A DNA stretch of 64,000 bases from Chiloscyllium plagiosum (taxonomy: Eukaryota). The stretch spans positions 74,655,403 through 74,719,402 of the forward strand of contig NC_057718.1 of NCBI RefSeq assembly GCF_004010195.1, in the 5' to 3' direction. The notes beneath the pieces were generated by a model. The model was not told where the DNA came from. It worked only from the letters and a program-made list of their open reading frames with translations, and searched no databases. Position 1 is the first letter of the stretch; every line of letters starts with the position of its first letter. The position numbers and the translations under genes were made by a program. This document shows positions 60,601 to 64,000 of this stretch, piece after piece.

Positions 60601-61459
60601 TAATCAATAATCATCTCACAGCAAGAATCATGCTGTGCTTGTGAAAGGGAATGATTGTTGACACCTGCAACTCTGCGCTAAGCTGGAAACATGCATGCAT
60701 GTCATTCCAGATCCAATACAACATCACGTGAATTTACATGTGACATTATACACAAAGGCCACATTGTGCATATGCAGACAAGTGCACACTGTTTTGAAAT
60801 AAGTTTTAATGGCAGAGTGAGGACAGGGGTGTGGAGATTAAGATGGGGATGGCATCAAGAGGGGGTGTGGAGGAGAGTGAGGACAGCAGGGAGTGAGGAC
60901 AGCAGGATGAGCGTGACGATGGGAGGCAGAATCAGAACTTGAGGGGAGAGTGAGGACAAGGAAGGCCTTCTTCCATCTCCCTCTTTGCCCCTTTCAATCT
61001 TCATCTCTCCTGAATCCTGTCATACCTGGACCGTTAAATGAGCATGTATGATTTCAAGTGATGCAGAGTGTGGTGTCAGCAAATTCAGCCATTGTGAAAG
61101 ACATGTGAAAAGAGATGAAGCACGATGATTTCAAGGTCAAGATAGGTGTTGCCATTCTTATTGCCTAATTCTGCCATGTCTTTAAGAAAGACTCCATCCT
61201 GTGAGTTTATTTATATTGCAGTTTTATCCAATCCACTCCAGCAATGATAATTATTGAAAGGTTTTGAATAACTATTTATTTAGAGTTTTACATACAAAGG
61301 ATGCATGTATGCAACAGGATTGGGATCCTCGCCTTCTCAAGTGTGTTCTGCCATTCAAAAAGTCAGAAGTCGCATGACACCAGGTTATAGTCCAAGTTTA
61401 TTTGAAATCACAAGTTTTCATGGCACTGCTCCTTCATCAGATGAAGTCTTCAAGTGATA

Positions 61460-62300
61460 GTTTTTTGATAATCAGTAGGAGGTGAAAAGATCTCTAAATC
61501 TGCCTTAAAAGTATTCAAAGACGTTGCTTACATCACCTTTTGAGGAGAATCTTCCAAAGTCTTGCAACTCTGATTTTAACATTTTTTAAAAAATTCTAAT
61601 TTCCATCTTTGAGGGTATTTGTGCATTTTTAAATTGTGACCTTAGTTTCAGATTCTTCCAAAACAAGAGTTATTCTCCCCACATTCATCCAGCAAAACCA
61701 CTCAGGCTCCTATATATTTCAACCATGTCACCTCTTACTCTTCAAAACTCAAGTAGATACAGGTCTAGCCTGTCCAATCTTTTCTCATCACAACTCTCTC
61801 ATTCCAAATACTGGTTTAGTAAACCTTCACTGAACTGCTTACAACACATTTACCTATTCGCTTCAAAAAGGAAACCAATACTGTACACCAGTACTCCTGA
61901 CAAGTTCTCATTGATGCCCTGTAGAACTGAGGTTTAACCTTCTAAATTTGTATTCAATTCTCCTTGCAATAAACAGTTATTATTACTTACTTGTTGCACT
62001 TACATACTTATATTTTGTGATTCACACACTACACCAAGCAGATCATTCAGGATTTCAGAATTCAGCAGCCTATCATTTAGATAATTTTTTTCATTCTTTC
62101 TGCCAAATGGAAAATTTGCATATTTTCCCACTTTTTACTCCATTTGCGAGATTTTTGCCACTCATTTTATCAATTTCTGTCCTTCTGTAGCTTCCTTATG
62201 TCCACTTAAAATTTACTCTCCATGCTATGAATCTATGACTATATATCTGTGTCATCAGAAAATGTTGGAACCTTACCTTCATCCAAGTCATTTATATAAA
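61460..62300 (-). mobile_element. Very degenerate CR1
   Basis: Antisense CR1 phrases (ccaatactgtacaccagtactcc, ttgcatattttcccac, gtgtcatcagaaaa, atccaagtcatttatataaat). Confidence 0.6.
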
Positions 62301-62313
62301 TTACAAAAAATCA

Positions 62314-62615
62314 ATGACGTAGAGGTGCTGGTGTTGGACTGGATTGGGCAAGGTCAAATATCACACAACATCAGGTTATAGTCCAACAGGTTTACACCTG
62401 GTGAAGGAGCCACGTGCCGAAAGCTAGTGCTTTCAAATAAACCTTCTGGGCGGTAACCTGGTAAAAACAAGGACTGCAGATGCTGGAAACCAGAGTCTAG
62501 ATTAGGGTGGTGCTGGAAAAGCACAGCAGGTCAGGCAGCATCCGAGGAGCAGGAAAATTGATATTTCAGGCAAAAGCCCTTCATCAGGAATCCTGGTGTC
62601 ATGTGAATTTGACCT
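62314..62615. mobile_element. Two nested miniature Penelope-derived termini
   Basis: Outer inverted arms aaggtcaaatatcacacaacatcagg / cctggtgtcatgtgaatttgacctt with a hammerhead-like motif at 62395-62429; inner terminus at about 62460-62591 with a hammerhead on the minus strand. Confidence 0.7.
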
Positions 62616-62904
62616 TATAAAACTTCGAGGCCAACACTGATCTCTATACGCCACTTACTACATTTTGACACTCAGAAAATAATCTATTTATGCCTAAACA
62701 TTGGCTAGCTAGCATGAAACAATGTTCTTTCCATGCCAATATACACCATGGGCTTTTATTTTCTGCAATAACTTTTGATCTTATCAATTATCTTATCTTA
62801 TCAATTATCAAGGTATCTTATCAATTGCCTCCTGGAAATTTAAGTGCAATATGCTCATCAGTTTCTCTTTGTCCACAGCACAATTCAAACATATTAGTTA
62901 AACA

Positions 62905-63228
62905 CAGTCATAGAGTATAGTCATAGAGATGTACAGCACGGAAACAAACTCTTCGGTCCAACTCGTCCATGGCAACTAGATATCCTAAATTAATCTAGAC
63001 CCATTTGCAAGTAGTTGACTCATATCCCACTAAACCTTTCTTATTCATATACCCATCCAGATGCCTTTTAAATGTTGTAATTGTACCAGCCTCCACCACT
63101 TCCTCTGGCAGCTCATTCCATACAGGTTGTGTGAAAAAAATGTCCCTTAGTTCCCTTTTAAATCTTACACTTCTCATCCTAATCTATGCCCTCTCGTTCT
63201 GGACTCTGCCAAACCAGAGAAAAGACCT
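62905..63228 (-). mobile_element. CR1 3' end
   Basis: VWNELPEEVVEAGTITTFKRHLDGYM; tail agtcatagag. Confidence 0.9.
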
Positions 63229-63229
63229 A

Positions 63230-64000
63230 GGCCAAAGTGAGGACTGCAGATGCTGGAGATCAGAGTCAAAATTAGAGTGGTGCTGGAAAAGCACAGCAAG
63301 TCAGGCAGCATCTGAGGAGGATGAAAATCGATGTTTCGGGCAAACGCCCTTCATCAGGAATGAGGCAGGGAGCCTCCAGGGTGGAAAGATAAATGGGAGG
63401 GGGATGGGGCTGGGGAGAAGGTAGCTAAGAGTACAATAGGTGGATGGAAGTGGGGATGAAGGTGATAGGTCAGAGAGGAGGGTGGAGTGGATAGGTGGGA
63501 AGGAAGATTGGCAGGTAGGATAGGTCATGAGGATGGTGCTGAGCTGGCAGGTTGGAACTGGGGTAAGATGGGAGGAGGGGAAATGAGAAACTGGTAAAGT
63601 CCACATTAATGCCCTGGGGTTGAAGTATTCCGAGGCGGAAGATGAGGCATTCTTCTTCCAGGCGTCGGGTGGTGAGGGAATGGCGGTGGAGGAGGCCCAG
63701 AACCTGCATGTCCTCGGCAGAGTGGGAGGGGGAGTTGAAATGTTCGGCCACGGGGCGATGGGGTTGATTGGTGCGGGTGTCCTGGAGATGTTCCCTAAAG
63801 CGCTCTGCAAGAAGGCGTCCAGTCTCCCCATTTAAAGGAGGCCACATCGGGAGCAACAGATACAGTAAATGACATTGGTGGATGTGCAGGTAAAACTTTG
63901 ACAGATGTAGAAGGCTCATTTAGGGCCTTAGTGGAAGGTGAGGGGGAGGTGTGGGTGCAGGTTTTGCGATTCCTGTGATGGCAAGGGAAGGTGCCAGGAC
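63230..64000 (-). mobile_element. Penelope-like element 3' end with GIY-YIG endonuclease (runs off the window)
   Basis: GETGRLLAERFREHL...PVAEHFNSPSH...RRLEEECLIFRLGILQPQGINVDF; terminal repeat with a hammerhead motif at about 63325-63361. Confidence 0.9.

Overview
Repeat-dense vertebrate genomic DNA, almost certainly shark or other elasmobranch (inferred from HE1-type V-SINEs, CR1 LINEs and shark-type Penelope-like elements). No host protein-coding gene can be supported, and nearly all supplied ORFs are fragments or antisense frames of decayed transposons. The centrepiece is a nested pair of class I (epsilon-like) endogenous retroviruses. ERV-A (35787-46595; tRNA-His PBS, 4-bp TSD, gag-pro-pol-env, all disrupted) sits inside the gag of an internally deleted ERV-B (34404-~50840). 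Both carry a 2H-phosphoesterase-like domain (two HxT motifs) between protease and RT. ERV-A also has an array of GGG-triloop hairpins with compensatory stems in its packaging-signal position, two NC zinc knuckles, a UGA-CUA gag/pol junction, and an Env with an extra N-terminal domain ending in a polybasic site. ERV-B lost RT/RNase H/IN at a perfect 23-bp fold-back palindrome. An 85-nt LTR end identical to a young solo LTR at 26309-26836 is inserted in ERV-A with a 60-bp target duplication. The rest comprises a Gmr1-like Gypsy (integrase before RT), a Tx1-like LINE, Harbinger remnants, a Tigger-like MITE, many CR1/SINE copies, and Penelope-like elements with minimal hammerhead ribozyme motifs. 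All calls come from manual reading and translation; boundaries of old elements are approximate.
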